Positions 51,545 to 61,368 of a DNA stretch of 64,000 nt are shown here, in pieces. Within the stretch, counting starts at the first letter, position 1. Every line of letters begins with the position of its first letter. The notes under the pieces were generated by a model. It was not told the DNA's origin and made no database searches. It was given only the letters and a program-made list of their open reading frames with translations. The position numbers and the translations under genes were made by a program. Location of the stretch: NCBI GenBank assembly GCA_041690135.1, contig JAWLHY010000001.1, positions 1,536,001-1,600,000 of the forward strand. The letters are read 5' to 3'. The stretch comes from Armatimonadota bacterium. GTDB taxonomy: Bacteria; Armatimonadota; SYMT01.

Positions 51545-51799
51545 TCAGCTCTCTTCGAGCATGCGGGCCACTTCGATCGAAAGCTCGCCGAAGTTCTTGT
51601 CGATCAAGGCCTGGCCGAGCTGCTGGATGTTGATGTCGCGCTCCAGCTCTTCTTCCAGGTAGACGATGAAGTCCACCACGTCCAGGCTCTCCTTGAGGAG
51701 CGACTTGGGGTAAAGCTCCGGGAAAGCGGCCATAACCTCCGAAGACTCCTTGCCCTCGAAGTAGGCCTTCATCACGTTCAACAGTTCGTCGGGGCTCAA
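51545..51799 (-). CDS. Acyl carrier protein-like
   Basis: 84 aa, acidic, ESLDVVDFIVYLEE (xSL site); directly downstream of the PKS. Confidence 0.7.
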   Translation of the reverse strand: MSPDELLNVMKAYFEGKESSEVMAAFPELYPKSLLKESLDVVDFIVYLEEELERDINIQQLGQALIDKNFGELSIEVARMLEES

Positions 51800-51834
51800 C
51801 GGTAAACTCCTCTGTGTGGGATGGGATGCGAGAA

Positions 51835-52893
51835 TTAGCGGGCGCGCCGGACCCGGCCGTAGATGACGTTGAAGCCGGCGCCCATGGTCAACAGGTTGAC
51901 GGCCGACCCCACGGGAGTATCGGCGGCGACCTGTTTGAGCACGTGCAGCACGCTGGCGCTGCTCATATTGGAATTGCTGCGGTAATGATCGAGAGAAGGC
52001 TGCATCGACTCGCGCGGGATGCCCAGGCGCCGAGAAATGCGGACCAGGAGCGCGATTCCCGCGGGGTGGATCGCCCAGCGCGGCTCCTCTTTCCAGCCGC
52101 CTTCCGTCTCGGCGAGGGTATCGACCACGTGCTGCTTCACGTCACGCTCGAACGTTTTCTCATCCGCCAGGGCAAAGGTGTAGTAACTGCGGTACCCCCA
52201 GCGGATGAGGTCCAGCCCCGTTTCGGCCCGCTGCCGGTAGTGGAGGTCCTCCACCGCCAGCGCCGTTTCCCCTTGCTCGGGATCGGAGGAGATCCAGAGG
52301 GCGGCCGCGCCGTCCCCGAAGGTGCAGTTGCCCTGCCAGAGGTCCAGCGCCGTTCCCTGAACGTCGACCAGTGTTGTAGGGACCTCCACGGCGGCGACCA
52401 GGATGTTACGCAGGCTAGCATCGAGCGAGTTGGCCAGGTTGAGCGCCTTGCTACTGCCGGTGCAGCCGACGTTGGCCAGGTCGATCATCATCGTGTCGGG
52501 ACGGATCAGCCCCGGCAGCCGGTTCGCCAGGCGGTAGCTGAGGCCCGGCATCAGGTTGCCGGTGGCCGTGGTGGTGATGAGGGCGTCAAAGGAGATCCCT
52601 GCCGCCTCCGCCGCGGGAGCGATCTGGGCCGCCAGGGCTTCGACGGCAAGATTGGCGCACCGGTCGAACTCGGAGGCCCGGCTGTGAAAGTCGGACAGCT
52701 CCTGCCAATCCCGGAGCAGGGTATAGCGCGCGCGCTCGCCGACGAGCTGGAACCGCACGAAATCGCGGAGCTTCTTTAGCTCGTCTTCCCCGAGCGGCAG
52801 CTTCTCGATGATCGGCTCGAAGGTGGCCAGCAGCCGGGCATTATCCCACCGCTCTCCCAACTCCGGCGCATAAATGGCGTTGATGTACCGCAT
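51835..52893 (-). CDS. Type III polyketide synthase (chalcone synthase-like)
   Basis: Cys-His-Asn triad NVGCTG, IHPAG, NMSSASV; FGDGAAA; MGAGF. Confidence 0.88.
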   Translation of the reverse strand: MRYINAIYAPELGERWDNARLLATFEPIIEKLPLGEDELKKLRDFVRFQLVGERARYTLLRDWQELSDFHSRASEFDRCANLAVEALAAQIAPAAEAAGISFDALITTTATGNLMPGLSYRLANRLPGLIRPDTMMIDLANVGCTGSSKALNLANSLDASLRNILVAAVEVPTTLVDVQGTALDLWQGNCTFGDGAAALWISSDPEQGETALAVEDLHYRQRAETGLDLIRWGYRSYYTFALADEKTFERDVKQHVVDTLAETEGGWKEEPRWAIHPAGIALLVRISRRLGIPRESMQPSLDHYRSNSNMSSASVLHVLKQVAADTPVGSAVNLLTMGAGFNVIYGRVRRAR

Positions 52894-53022
52894 TCCGTTC
52901 CTCTCTCCCACCCCACTGTCAGCCCCATCTTACCTTAGATGTCGGAAGCGAGACCCGAACCTGCCCAGACCGGGAGGAGCCACAGATTTCACAGCCCGTC
53001 ACAGCAACCGGGCAAGTCTCAC

Positions 53023-53047
53023 CACGGAGCACACGGAGCGCACGGAG
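53023..53047. repeat. Short tandem repeat (CACGGAG, period 9)
   Basis: CACGGAGCA CACGGAGCG CACGGAG; TCTCACCACGGAGC shared with 59293. Confidence 0.7.
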
Positions 53048-53144
53048 AGAAAGGGAGAGGGAAGGTAGCAGAGGGCCTCGTGCTCGTTGGGCGCGGTACG
53101 AGTTTCCGGTGCAGCTCGTGAACGATTCTGGACGCGGAGCGCCC

Positions 53145-53358
53145 CTGCTGTGACCGCGGAGATTGTGACCGGGGTGTCGCATTTATGGAGTGGATGCGGT
53201 GCCGCGGACCACACGCCAATGGGGACACCGTGCCCCGTGAGTTTAGGGGGTGCATGGGAGTAACGTAACGGCTACGGTGACCGGTGTGACCTCACCCCCG
53301 CCACTCGCACGCGGGTACCCGGCACCCGTCACGGAATGGAATTCCGCGGCTACTGCAG
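53145..53358 (+). ncRNA. Candidate rod-shaped structured RNA (214 nt)
   Basis: Nested CTGC/GCAG, CCGCGGA/TCCGCGG, GTGAC/GTCAC, GGGTGTCG/CGGCACCC, GAGTGG/CCACTC, CACAC/GTGTG, CACCGT/ACGGTG. Confidence 0.4.
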
Positions 53359-53466
53359 AGTGAAACCCCTCCGGACTTTGCGCACCAGGCTCCGGGCTCG
53401 GGACCTTGCCCTGGTGGGTAGCATAGGGGTACGGTCCGCATTTTTTGATGGAGCAACGCGCACCCG

Positions 53467-53772
53467 ATGTCTGCACCCGATCTTGTCTGCACCCGGTTCC
53501 GCGAACATCAGCCGCTGTGGGTTCTCGTGGGCCCCGAAGAGACGCTCCTGTGTGCCCGGCACGCTACCGCGGGCCTGGTGGTCCTCTCCTGGACCACGCG
53601 GGAGGAGCTGGAAGCGGGGGTGCACGAGCTGTTCGGCCATGCACCGCACCTGTTTGAAACGCACACGCCGGAACAGCGGCCGTTCAGCGCCCTGCTGGAA
53701 ACGGCGGCTCGCCTGCGCATGCGGCTGCGCATCGACGAGTACGTGGTGGAAGACCTGCTGGCATCCGAATAG
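53467..53772 (+). CDS. Hypothetical protein
   Basis: 101-aa ORF with GC-typical codon usage, followed by a hairpin. Confidence 0.65.
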   Translation: MSAPDLVCTRFREHQPLWVLVGPEETLLCARHATAGLVVLSWTTREELEAGVHELFGHAPHLFETHTPEQRPFSALLETAARLRMRLRIDEYVVEDLLASE

Positions 53773-53892
53773 GAGTGGACGAATCTTCGACACAGAAGGA
53801 CACAGACGGAACAAGAGGGCACACAGAAGGGGGAATTCACCTCGGAGCTTACAGAGAACAAGGAGAAAAACCGAGGTCGTATTGACACATGA

Positions 53893-53932
53893 GGCCTCAC
53901 GCCGGCCCACCCACGTGAGCCGGCGTGAGGCC
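53893..53932. terminator. Hairpin between convergent genes
   Basis: GGCCTCACGCCGGC/GCCGGCGTGAGGCC. Confidence 0.6.
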
Positions 53933-53964
53933 CCTCGTATTCCGAAGCGCGCGAGGCTTTGGAA

Positions 53965-55578
53965 TCAGGGTCGTTGGGCCTGGACGGAACTGGCGTATTC
54001 GGCGCGGGCTTCCTCTTCTTCTTCCGGAGTGACGTTTTCGGACCCCCTCCCGCCGTCCAGGGTGGAGAGGCCGAGGCCTTCGGCGACGCGACGCCCGTAT
54101 TCCGCGTCGGCCTGGGTGAAGTAGAAGACCATCTGCTCCTGGATGGGCCGCGCGCATTGGGAGAGCGCGGCCACCAGGTTGCCGACCAGCTCCTCCCGCT
54201 CCCAGGGCTCGAAGGCGCGGTAACGCTCTCCGGCCTGCGCGAAGTCGTTGGGGCGGCTGATCTCTTGCCGGACCAGGTTTCCCGCCAGGTAGGGCGTGTG
54301 CTCCTCGCCGGCGGGCTCCGCCTCTTTCAGGCCGTCCATCAGGCTGGGCTCGTAGTTCACGTGCGGATCGCCGCCGGCCTCCACCCGGTCGACGTGGTAG
54401 GCCATCTGCCCGCCTTCCTGGTTCGTGGCAACGTGTTTTCTCGGCCGGTTGATCGGAAGTTGCAGGTAGTTGGCGCCGATCCGATACCGCTGGGTGTCGG
54501 AGTAGGAGAACGTCCTCCCCTGCAGCATCTTGTCGTCCGAGAAGTCCAACCCATCCACCAGGACCCCGGTGCCGAACGCGGCCTGTTCCACCTCGGCGAA
54601 GTAATTGACGGGGTTCCGGTCCAGCACCATCCGGCCGACCGGGCGCAGCGGGAACTGGTCTTCGGGCCAGATCTTGGTGTCATCCAGCGGGTCGAAATCC
54701 AGCTCCGGGTGCTCGTCGTCGGACATGATCTGAACCGCCAGCTCCCACTCGGGGTAGTCGCCTCGCTCGATGGCGTCGTACAGATCGCCCGTCGCGTGAT
54801 TGAAGTCCTTCGCCTGGATCTCTTCCGCATCTCGCTGGGTGAGGTTGCGGACGCCCTGCTTTGGCACCCAGTGGTACTTGACCAGGACCCCCTCGCCCTC
54901 CGCGTTCACCCACTTATAGGTGTTGACGCCAGAGCCCTGCATCTCCCGGTAGGTCGCGGGGATACCCCAGGGGCTGAAGAGCCAGGTAATCATGTGGGTC
55001 GCTTCCGGCGACGCGCTGATGAAATCGAAGATCCGCCGCGGGTCCTGCCGGTTCGTCACCGGGTCCGGCTTGAAGGCGTGCACCAGGTCCGGAAATTTGA
55101 GCGGGTCGCGGATGAAGAAGACCTTGAGGTTGTTGCCGACGAGGTCCCAGTTGCCGTCTTCCGTGTAGAACTTGACGGCGAAACCGCGAGGGTCGCGCAG
55201 CGTTTCCGGGGAGTGTCCGCCGTGGATCACGCTGGAGAAGCGGACGAATACGGGTGTGCGTTTCCCCTTTTCCTGGAACAGCTTCGCGCGGGTGTACCGG
55301 CTTACCGGCTCATCGCCGCACGTACCGTACGCCTCGAAGTAGCCGTGCGCACCCGCACCTCGGGCGTGAACCACCCGCTCCGGGATCCGCTCGCGGTCGA
55401 AGTGGGTGATCTTCTCCAGAAAGTGGTAGTTCTCCAGCGTGGTCGCCCCGCGGTCGCCGACAGTGCGGACGTTCTGATTGTCGTAGACGGGATGTCCCTG
55501 CCGGGTGGTGAGAGTGCTCTGGGGTGCCTCCGGGCGCTGCTCCGCACCCCCTCCCCCGCTGCTCGTCTTCTTCGCCAT
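53965..55578 (-). CDS. Monofunctional heme catalase
   Basis: [45 protein letters not shown]. Confidence 0.97.
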   Translation of the reverse strand: MAKKTSSGGGGAEQRPEAPQSTLTTRQGHPVYDNQNVRTVGDRGATTLENYHFLEKITHFDRERIPERVVHARGAGAHGYFEAYGTCGDEPVSRYTRAKLFQEKGKRTPVFVRFSSVIHGGHSPETLRDPRGFAVKFYTEDGNWDLVGNNLKVFFIRDPLKFPDLVHAFKPDPVTNRQDPRRIFDFISASPEATHMITWLFSPWGIPATYREMQGSGVNTYKWVNAEGEGVLVKYHWVPKQGVRNLTQRDAEEIQAKDFNHATGDLYDAIERGDYPEWELAVQIMSDDEHPELDFDPLDDTKIWPEDQFPLRPVGRMVLDRNPVNYFAEVEQAAFGTGVLVDGLDFSDDKMLQGRTFSYSDTQRYRIGANYLQLPINRPRKHVATNQEGGQMAYHVDRVEAGGDPHVNYEPSLMDGLKEAEPAGEEHTPYLAGNLVRQEISRPNDFAQAGERYRAFEPWEREELVGNLVAALSQCARPIQEQMVFYFTQADAEYGRRVAEGLGLSTLDGGRGSENVTPEEEEEARAEYASSVQAQRP

Positions 55579-55654
55579 GGTTGGTCTCCTGGGGTGGAAA
55601 CGGTCGCCGCCACCCTGGACGACCGTCGTCGGCCGGGGGCAGTGCGGGCTTCCT

Positions 55655-55679
55655 TTACCCAGCGGGGTGGAGACGAAAC
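55655..55679 (-). promoter_or_regulatory. SigB-type promoter of catalase
   Basis: GTTTCG-N13-GGGTAA about 77 nt before the start. Confidence 0.55.
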
Positions 55680-55818
55680 ATCACAAGCTGTCGCGTAAGG
55701 GAGGTTGCCCGCGGCGAGGAGCGTGCTTGGCATTGAGGTGCGGAGTTGTGCGGGCTGACACGAGATCACGGAAGAAAGCCAATGGCACGGCTCTTGGCCT
55801 CGGAGACTTGCGCCCTTA

Positions 55819-56713
55819 GAGCTTGTACGTAAATACATCATGCAGTGAGGCGACGAAGCATGAGGTGGGTCATCGCCAGTAAGATATTCGCTTCGGTGGT
55901 TTCCGGCCGGAAATCGTATTCCCGCGCCAGGATACGCCAGCGACCCAACCAGGCAAAGGTCCGTTCGGACACCCAGCGTTTCGGCAATAGTTCCCAGTCC
56001 CGCTGTCCTTCCGTGCGCTTGATGACGACCAGATCGAACATACAGTGCTCGACAACCCAGGCTTCCAAACGATGTTCAAAGCCGCCATCGACCCAGAGCA
56101 CCTTCCAGCGGGTCAAGCCCTCCTTCACCATCCGCAAGAGTTGCTTGGCCCCGGCCGCCTCCGAGGTCCGTCCCGACAGGACCAACACGCCCCACACCAG
56201 GCCCAAGGTATCCACCAGGAGAAAGCGCTTCCGGCCTTTGATCCACTTGCCCCCATCTAGCCCGATCGAGCCCGCGATCCCCCTTTTTCCGTACTCTTGG
56301 CGGTCTGGCTATCCAGACTGCCGGCGCTCGGCTGGGGGTCTTTATCTGCTTGGAGCCGCACCTGCGTACGCAGCGTGTCGTGCAGACGGACGAGCACCCC
56401 GCGTCGGCGCCACCGGTGAAAGTAATCGGAGACGGTGGAATAGGGTGGGAAGTCTCCGGGCAGGTTGCGCCACTGGCAGCCCGTACGCAGGCGATAAAAG
56501 ATGGCATTCAAGATCTCGCGGAGCGGGTGCTCCCGGTTCCAGTGGGCGGACGGATGGTACTCGGCCAGAATGGGGGCGACCAACTCCCACTGCGCATCCG
56601 TCAAGTCCGTGGTGTAACGCTTTCGCTGGGGCTGGGTTTGGGTAACTGCAGTGCTCATGCTCATGAGTTACCCACCCTCGCCGTATTTGTAATGCTTGCT
56701 ACCGTACAACCTC
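55819..56713 (-). mobile_element. IS5-family (IS1031-like) insertion sequence, 895 bp
   Basis: Terminal inverted repeats GAG(C/G)TTGTACG, TTA target duplication (55816-55818 and 56714-56716), DDE transposase. Confidence 0.92.
55838..56664 (-). CDS. IS5-family transposase in two frames joined by a -1 shift
   Basis: orfA YTTDLTDAQW, GCQWRNLP, DSQT; orfB KGRKRFLLVDTLG, KRWVSERTFAW; AAAAAGGGGG at 56279-56288. Confidence 0.9.
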
Positions 56714-56944
56714 TTAGTTCTCCCTACCTGCGTTGTAATCACGATGGAAACCCCGGTTCATGACGGAGTCCAGCTGAAAGGCTGGCCTTCGCGAGCCTGG
56801 ATGCCGGTTACCCGTCCCGGCAAGCCCGACCCCCTCCGATCCCAAGTTCGCGACATTTGCCTCCGCAGCCCGGCACCACCAGTGCTCCAGTCCGTGGTCG
56901 CACTGAGCGGAGAGCCGTGCGACGCGGATCCCGTTATCCACTGG

Positions 56945-58027
56945 TCAGTCGGCATCCGCCAGGAGACGCTCGACTGCGGACCGGCTCCACGGAAGCCCGT
57001 AGGCGGTGAGCTCCTCGCTGTTGTTGCCGATACCCCACAGTGAACGCACCCGGGCCATGCGGGTCAGGACTTCTCGTTGCAATGGATTGAGTTGCGTGAC
57101 GGGCTCCTCTTGAGGGGAGAAGGCGGCGGAGAGGAGGCCGATCACATACGGCATGGTTTCGATCTTGCGGGCGCGGTTGAGTTGAGCGAGGAGCGCGGGG
57201 ATGGCGGCGGGACGCACCTCCGGCGGAAGGTAGCGGATGGAAAAGGCGGCGTCGCCCGTGGAGGGTCCGCCGGCCCCGGGCACCTCCTCATAACCCTCAA
57301 TGGGGTCGGTGATAAGCCGGACCAGCGGCTCCAGCAGGTCCTCACCAGGGGCAAAACGCGCGAGTTGACAGGTGGCCATGCAGCGCACCATGGCGGCCGT
57401 GTCGGTCTCCGCCAGGCGCCGGAGTGGCCCCTCCCCTTCCAACTCCCCGAGCGCAAAGGCGAGGGCGGTGCGGGTAACCTCCGAAGTCTCTTTTGCCAGG
57501 CAGCCTTCCAGGAGCGGTATCGAGTCGACCGACCGGGTCGGCAGGCAGGCCAGCACCCACGCCGCCCCCGCGCGCACCGGCGTTTCCGGGTCCGAAAGCA
57601 AGCGCTGCAGTAGCTCGTACCCGGCCAGGGACTCCCGGTAGATCGCGTGAAGCGCTTTCACGTAAGGATCGCGCGCCCGCGCCTGCATCGGCTCACGACC
57701 CCAGTAGACGTGGGTACCGTCGCCCCACATGGGTCGCTCCCGCACGCTGAAGTCCCCGGCGATCAGGTGGCCCCAGTACTCCAGCAATTCCCCTCGACCG
57801 GGCACGCCGGGATCCCCGCAGAGCTCGATGAGGAACGGGATGGCATAGGGTGTGGCCGGGTAACGCGTCCCCTGGTGGAACAGGTTGCCGTAAAGCTCGT
57901 GCATCACCTGCCGGCGCACTTCCGGGTCGGGGTCCGGCAGTTTCCGCAGCAGGTCCGGCACATCCCGCGCCGACCCGTAGGCATGCCTCAGCTTCGCCCA
58001 GGGCACCTGATCCAGTCCTTCCAGCAT
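56945..58027 (-). CDS. HEAT-repeat protein
   Basis: WAKLRHAYGSARDVPDLL, LFHQGTRYPAT, DPETPVRAGAAWVLA. Confidence 0.82.
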   Translation of the reverse strand: MLEGLDQVPWAKLRHAYGSARDVPDLLRKLPDPDPEVRRQVMHELYGNLFHQGTRYPATPYAIPFLIELCGDPGVPGRGELLEYWGHLIAGDFSVRERPMWGDGTHVYWGREPMQARARDPYVKALHAIYRESLAGYELLQRLLSDPETPVRAGAAWVLACLPTRSVDSIPLLEGCLAKETSEVTRTALAFALGELEGEGPLRRLAETDTAAMVRCMATCQLARFAPGEDLLEPLVRLITDPIEGYEEVPGAGGPSTGDAAFSIRYLPPEVRPAAIPALLAQLNRARKIETMPYVIGLLSAAFSPQEEPVTQLNPLQREVLTRMARVRSLWGIGNNSEELTAYGLPWSRSAVERLLADAD

Positions 58028-58195
58028 CTACCATCTCCCGGTCATCACAGGGAACATCTCGCGCCAAGGTGTACGCGCCGAGGTGGCGCGCCAAGGCCTA
58101 CGCCCCGTATGGGCCGCAATGAGCAATTGGGGACGGAAACAGGATACCAGGATGGGTAGGATATCGCGAACCACTACGGGCGCTGCGCGGGCTAG

Positions 58196-58227
58196 CACGA
58201 AAACGCGAAATTACGAAAACGCGAAAA
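58196..58227. repeat. Short tandem repeat (period 8)
   Basis: CACGAAAA CGCGAAAT TACGAAAA CGCGAAAA. Confidence 0.7.
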
Positions 58228-58248
58228 AGGGGAACAGCGTGTGCAGAA

Positions 58249-58481
58249 ACGAGACCACGGATAACAGCCAATTGCACGGCACTCGGTCCAGAGGTTCGCG
58301 ACCGCAGTTCTCCCAGCCTGCGTTGCCATCTCGAGGGAGAGCCTGGTCCATGACGGAGTCCAGCTGCCGGGTGCCCTTTGGGCGGGGCATTCGCGACCCA
58401 GGCACCCGGTTACCTGTCCCGTGAACCCGACCTACTTCCGAGCCCTAGTTCGCGACGTTGCCTCCGCGGCCCGCCATCACC
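58249..58481. repeat. Copy 2 (uninterrupted) of the approximately 230-bp non-coding element
   Basis: Colinear with copy 1; ends pair on the minus strand (GGGCCGCGGA/TCCGTGGTCT). Confidence 0.85.
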
Positions 58482-58625
58482 GGGATTGATCATGCGCGAA
58501 CGCCCACAGGGCCCCCACACCCTCCTGGGGGCGTAAACCTTGGCCGACCGGAACCATTGACCCGTCCACCCCTTTCAGTGAAGTGCGGCAGCAAGACTAA
58601 CTACCCCCTTCTTCTCCCTTTCCCC

Positions 58626-58649
58626 CTTTGCGTCTTTGCGTCTTTGCGA
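58626..58649. repeat. Short tandem repeat CTTTGCGT x3
   Basis: CTTTGCGT CTTTGCGT CTTTGCGA. Confidence 0.75.
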
Positions 58650-58778
58650 GAGCTACTTTCGGTTCCCTTTGCAGCTTGGCGCGAGATAAGTTCGGAACGC
58701 GGAAGGAAGTGGGCAGGCAAGCGGTGAAAAGCCTCCCTGGCTGCAAGACTTCCTGCTAATCATCCTCGCGCACGATCC

Positions 58779-59276
58779 ATGACTTCGCTCCAGCCCACGC
58801 TCACCGCCCACCCGCACCGCAACCGACGCCTGTTCAGCGACCATTACCTGGACGTGCTGCTGCCGGGCACGGCGGAGTGGCGCGCGGGGGTGGAGGAGGC
58901 GGCTGGGGTGATGGCCGAGATCCGGGCCGTGTTCCAGCGGTTCACGCCGACGAGCAACGAGGCGCAGACGGAGCAACACCTGGTCTGGCCTTTGTGGTAA
59001 CCCTTGAACCAGAAGCTGACGGCCTGGTGGGACCTGGACTTCGCCGGTTTCCGGAAGGAACTGCTCAAGGCGTTCCGCCAGGAGATCCCGCTGAAGGACC
59101 GGAATGATTGGGACGCGCTGCTGGCGGCACGTAAGGCGGAGCGCCAGCGGCTAACGCGGGAGATCGTGGACCTGGAGGGCGAGCTGAACGAGCGGGTTTA
59201 CCGACTGTTCGACCTGACGCGGGAAGAGGTCCGGATCATCGAGGAGACGACGAAGTATCCCTACGGGGAGGTGTAG
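58779..59276 (+). pseudogene. Remnant of a large fused type II restriction-modification gene (Eco57I/type IIG-like); only termini left
   Basis: N-terminus NRRLFSDHYL...NEAQTE and C-terminus KLTAWWDLDF...LNERVYRLFDLTREEVRIIE; no methyltransferase motifs between them. Confidence 0.65.
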
Positions 59277-59297
59277 GCGCTTGCCGACGGAATCTCA

Positions 59298-59321
59298 CCA
59301 CGGAGCCACGGAGACACAGAG
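59298..59321. repeat. Short tandem repeat (CCACGGAG, period 8)
   Basis: CCACGGAG CCACGGAG ACACAGAG. Confidence 0.7.
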
Positions 59322-59541
59322 TTGGACACGGAGAGGGCTCTGAAGAGCTGTGTGCGGTCAATGCTACTCCAGCTTCTCTTCGGAAATCCAAATTGGAATT
59401 GCGGGCGTCACCCAGGCGACCCAGAGCACTGGTATTGGAGATCGGCACTCTTCGAAGGTCAGTTACCAAAGGGAAGACATGAGGGCGTAAGCAACGATCG
59501 ACGATTTCTCGGACATTCGTAACAGGCTAGCGGCCGTAAAG

Positions 59542-59886
59542 TTGGAGACCGCACGCCAAGACAGAGAGCGTGAACGCAAACATAAGGTTGCGGACGGTAT
59601 CCTAAATGAGATAGATCAACGTCTCTCCGAGGTCTCCACCCACCTTGCTTCATTCGACGAACCGGATGAACCCCCAGGTCTGTGTATTGGCATGGCGCGG
59701 TTCCTCGACGAGATCAACTTCGCCGACGGAACCCCCTTTAGCGGCATTGAACACTGTGTTCAATCATCGGGAGACCCGTATGCACGCCTTGCTCTTGGGC
59801 TCTTCGTATCGGTATCGGACAACCAGAGAGTGGGCCCGTTGGCGGTCTACCGCGTAGGGCAAAAACCAAGACGCAAGATGAAGTGA
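59542..59886 (+). CDS. Hypothetical protein, possibly a nonsense-truncated pseudogene
   Basis: Frame extends upstream to an ATG at 59479 with an in-frame TAA at codon 4. Confidence 0.4.
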   Translation: METARQDRERERKHKVADGILNEIDQRLSEVSTHLASFDEPDEPPGLCIGMARFLDEINFADGTPFSGIEHCVQSSGDPYARLALGLFVSVSDNQRVGPLAVYRVGQKPRRKMK

Positions 59887-59943
59887 AACACTATCTGGTA
59901 CCAGACGTGGGATGGGGCGGGATCTCCGCATAGCGAGAATAAG

Positions 59944-60468
59944 ATGTCGAACACCTCTCGCACGACCACTGCACTCCGACTTGGGATGGGACTGTTCTTT
60001 TGCCTCTCCCTCGGCTCGCCGACACCAGCGCAGGCTCGTGGGGAGCCAGCAAGGCCGCATCGGCCGCCTTACGGCTGTACGTTTGGGAACAGGGTGGATG
60101 TTGATTACCTCGGAGACGATACGCCCGTCCCATTCGCCTTCAATGTCGATGAAGGCTGCCTGCTCCCCGGACAAGAAGGGGCCTTTCAGGTGTGGGTTCG
60201 ATCGGATGACCCTCGTTTCTACTGGAATCAAAGTCACGAACGCCGACACATACGTGCCCGCGTTCGTACGGCTGCAGGTAGCCGGCCCGTCCGGGGTGTA
60301 GTCCGATACACGGAACGGGACGGCGTCCCGCGATGGGTGCTGCGACTGTCTCGGCGGACTCGGTACGATCGGGTGGCTCTGATCACTTTCTCCATGCACT
60401 GCTTCGGAAGACGGGACTTCTGGCGCGCGGAGTTCAAACTGCACATTTCCGGAGCTAAATCGGAATAG
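59944..60468 (+). CDS. Hypothetical exported protein
   Basis: Signal-peptide-like N-terminus (LGMGLFFCLSLGSPTPAQA). Confidence 0.55.
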   Translation: MSNTSRTTTALRLGMGLFFCLSLGSPTPAQARGEPARPHRPPYGCTFGNRVDVDYLGDDTPVPFAFNVDEGCLLPGQEGAFQVWVRSDDPRFYWNQSHERRHIRARVRTAAGSRPVRGVVRYTERDGVPRWVLRLSRRTRYDRVALITFSMHCFGRRDFWRAEFKLHISGAKSE

Positions 60469-60950
60469 GTTTGTGCCCCCGGAATCTCCCTACAGTCCCG
60501 GATTCGGACGCCGCAGCCCGCGACATATTCCGGCCCTTGGCCTCCGGCAGAACTTCAGCGCCTGTGGGAGACCCGGCACAGGCATTGTCACCGAGCGCCC
60601 GGAGGGCAACTTAAACGTAGCCGGGGGTTACCAGGAGACGGCAAACTGGGCAAGGCGCTGGACCGGTGCATGGATCAGTCGCGGAGAGTACGCCGCACGC
60701 CGAGATTTCCGTATGCCGGCTCCATTCCTTTGCGGCCGATAGGTAGGCGCCATTCAGGTAGCGGGAAATGCGGATGCGTAACGATTCTTCGGGAAAGCAG
60801 GTCGCAAGGGCACCCAAATGGGTGTTGGGATACCATGGTTGTTCGGCAGTCGTCGCAGAAGCCATTCTGAACGGAGCCTCCTTCACTCCCTCGAATAGAC
60901 CGGTGGACTGGCTTGGATTGGGGGGGTATTCTTGAGAAAGAGGAGGGAGT

Positions 60951-61166
60951 ATGGGTGCCCCACGCCTCAAACCTGGCGACCCGGAAGTTGTCGCTGCGGT
61001 GGTGGAGAGGATTCGGAATATGCCTCGTGAGGAGTTGCTACAACGCCTCCGGGAGCGCGAAGATTTCGACGAGGCCTGGATCCAACCGCAGCCCGGCTCG
61101 CCCTCCAAACGCGGCAAGTACACACGAACCACCAAAGTGCGTCGACGGTGCCGCATAGATTCCTGA
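60951..61166 (+). CDS. Small hypothetical protein
   Basis: Strong AAGGAGG RBS; 71 aa. Confidence 0.5.
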   Translation: MGAPRLKPGDPEVVAAVVERIRNMPREELLQRLREREDFDEAWIQPQPGSPSKRGKYTRTTKVRRRCRIDS

Positions 61167-61368
61167 TTGGGGGCACATATCCTCACCGGGTTCGTCCAGG
61201 CAGCTTAACCAGGGCCTCGTCTGGTTGCTATTCAGCTTAGCCAAGCGCCAGCGGACCCGTCCGAGGATAAACAGGGTCCGTGGAGTCACGATAGCCCAAT
61301 GAAGCAGGGCTGGTTGCGTTCCCCCTGAACCTATAGAACCGGTAGGCATTAAGGGGTGGCGAAGCCAG

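Larger units (their letters stand above)
55760..56880. repeat. Copy 1 of an approximately 230-bp non-coding element, split by the IS (55760-55818 + 56717-56880)
   Basis: After removing the IS, aligns colinearly with 58249-58481, including the identical 18-mer CATGACGGAGTCCAGCTG. Confidence 0.85.

Noticed and set aside
60681-60791. Additional rod-like RNA
   Set aside because: Only short helices with many wobbles; could arise by chance in GC-rich DNA
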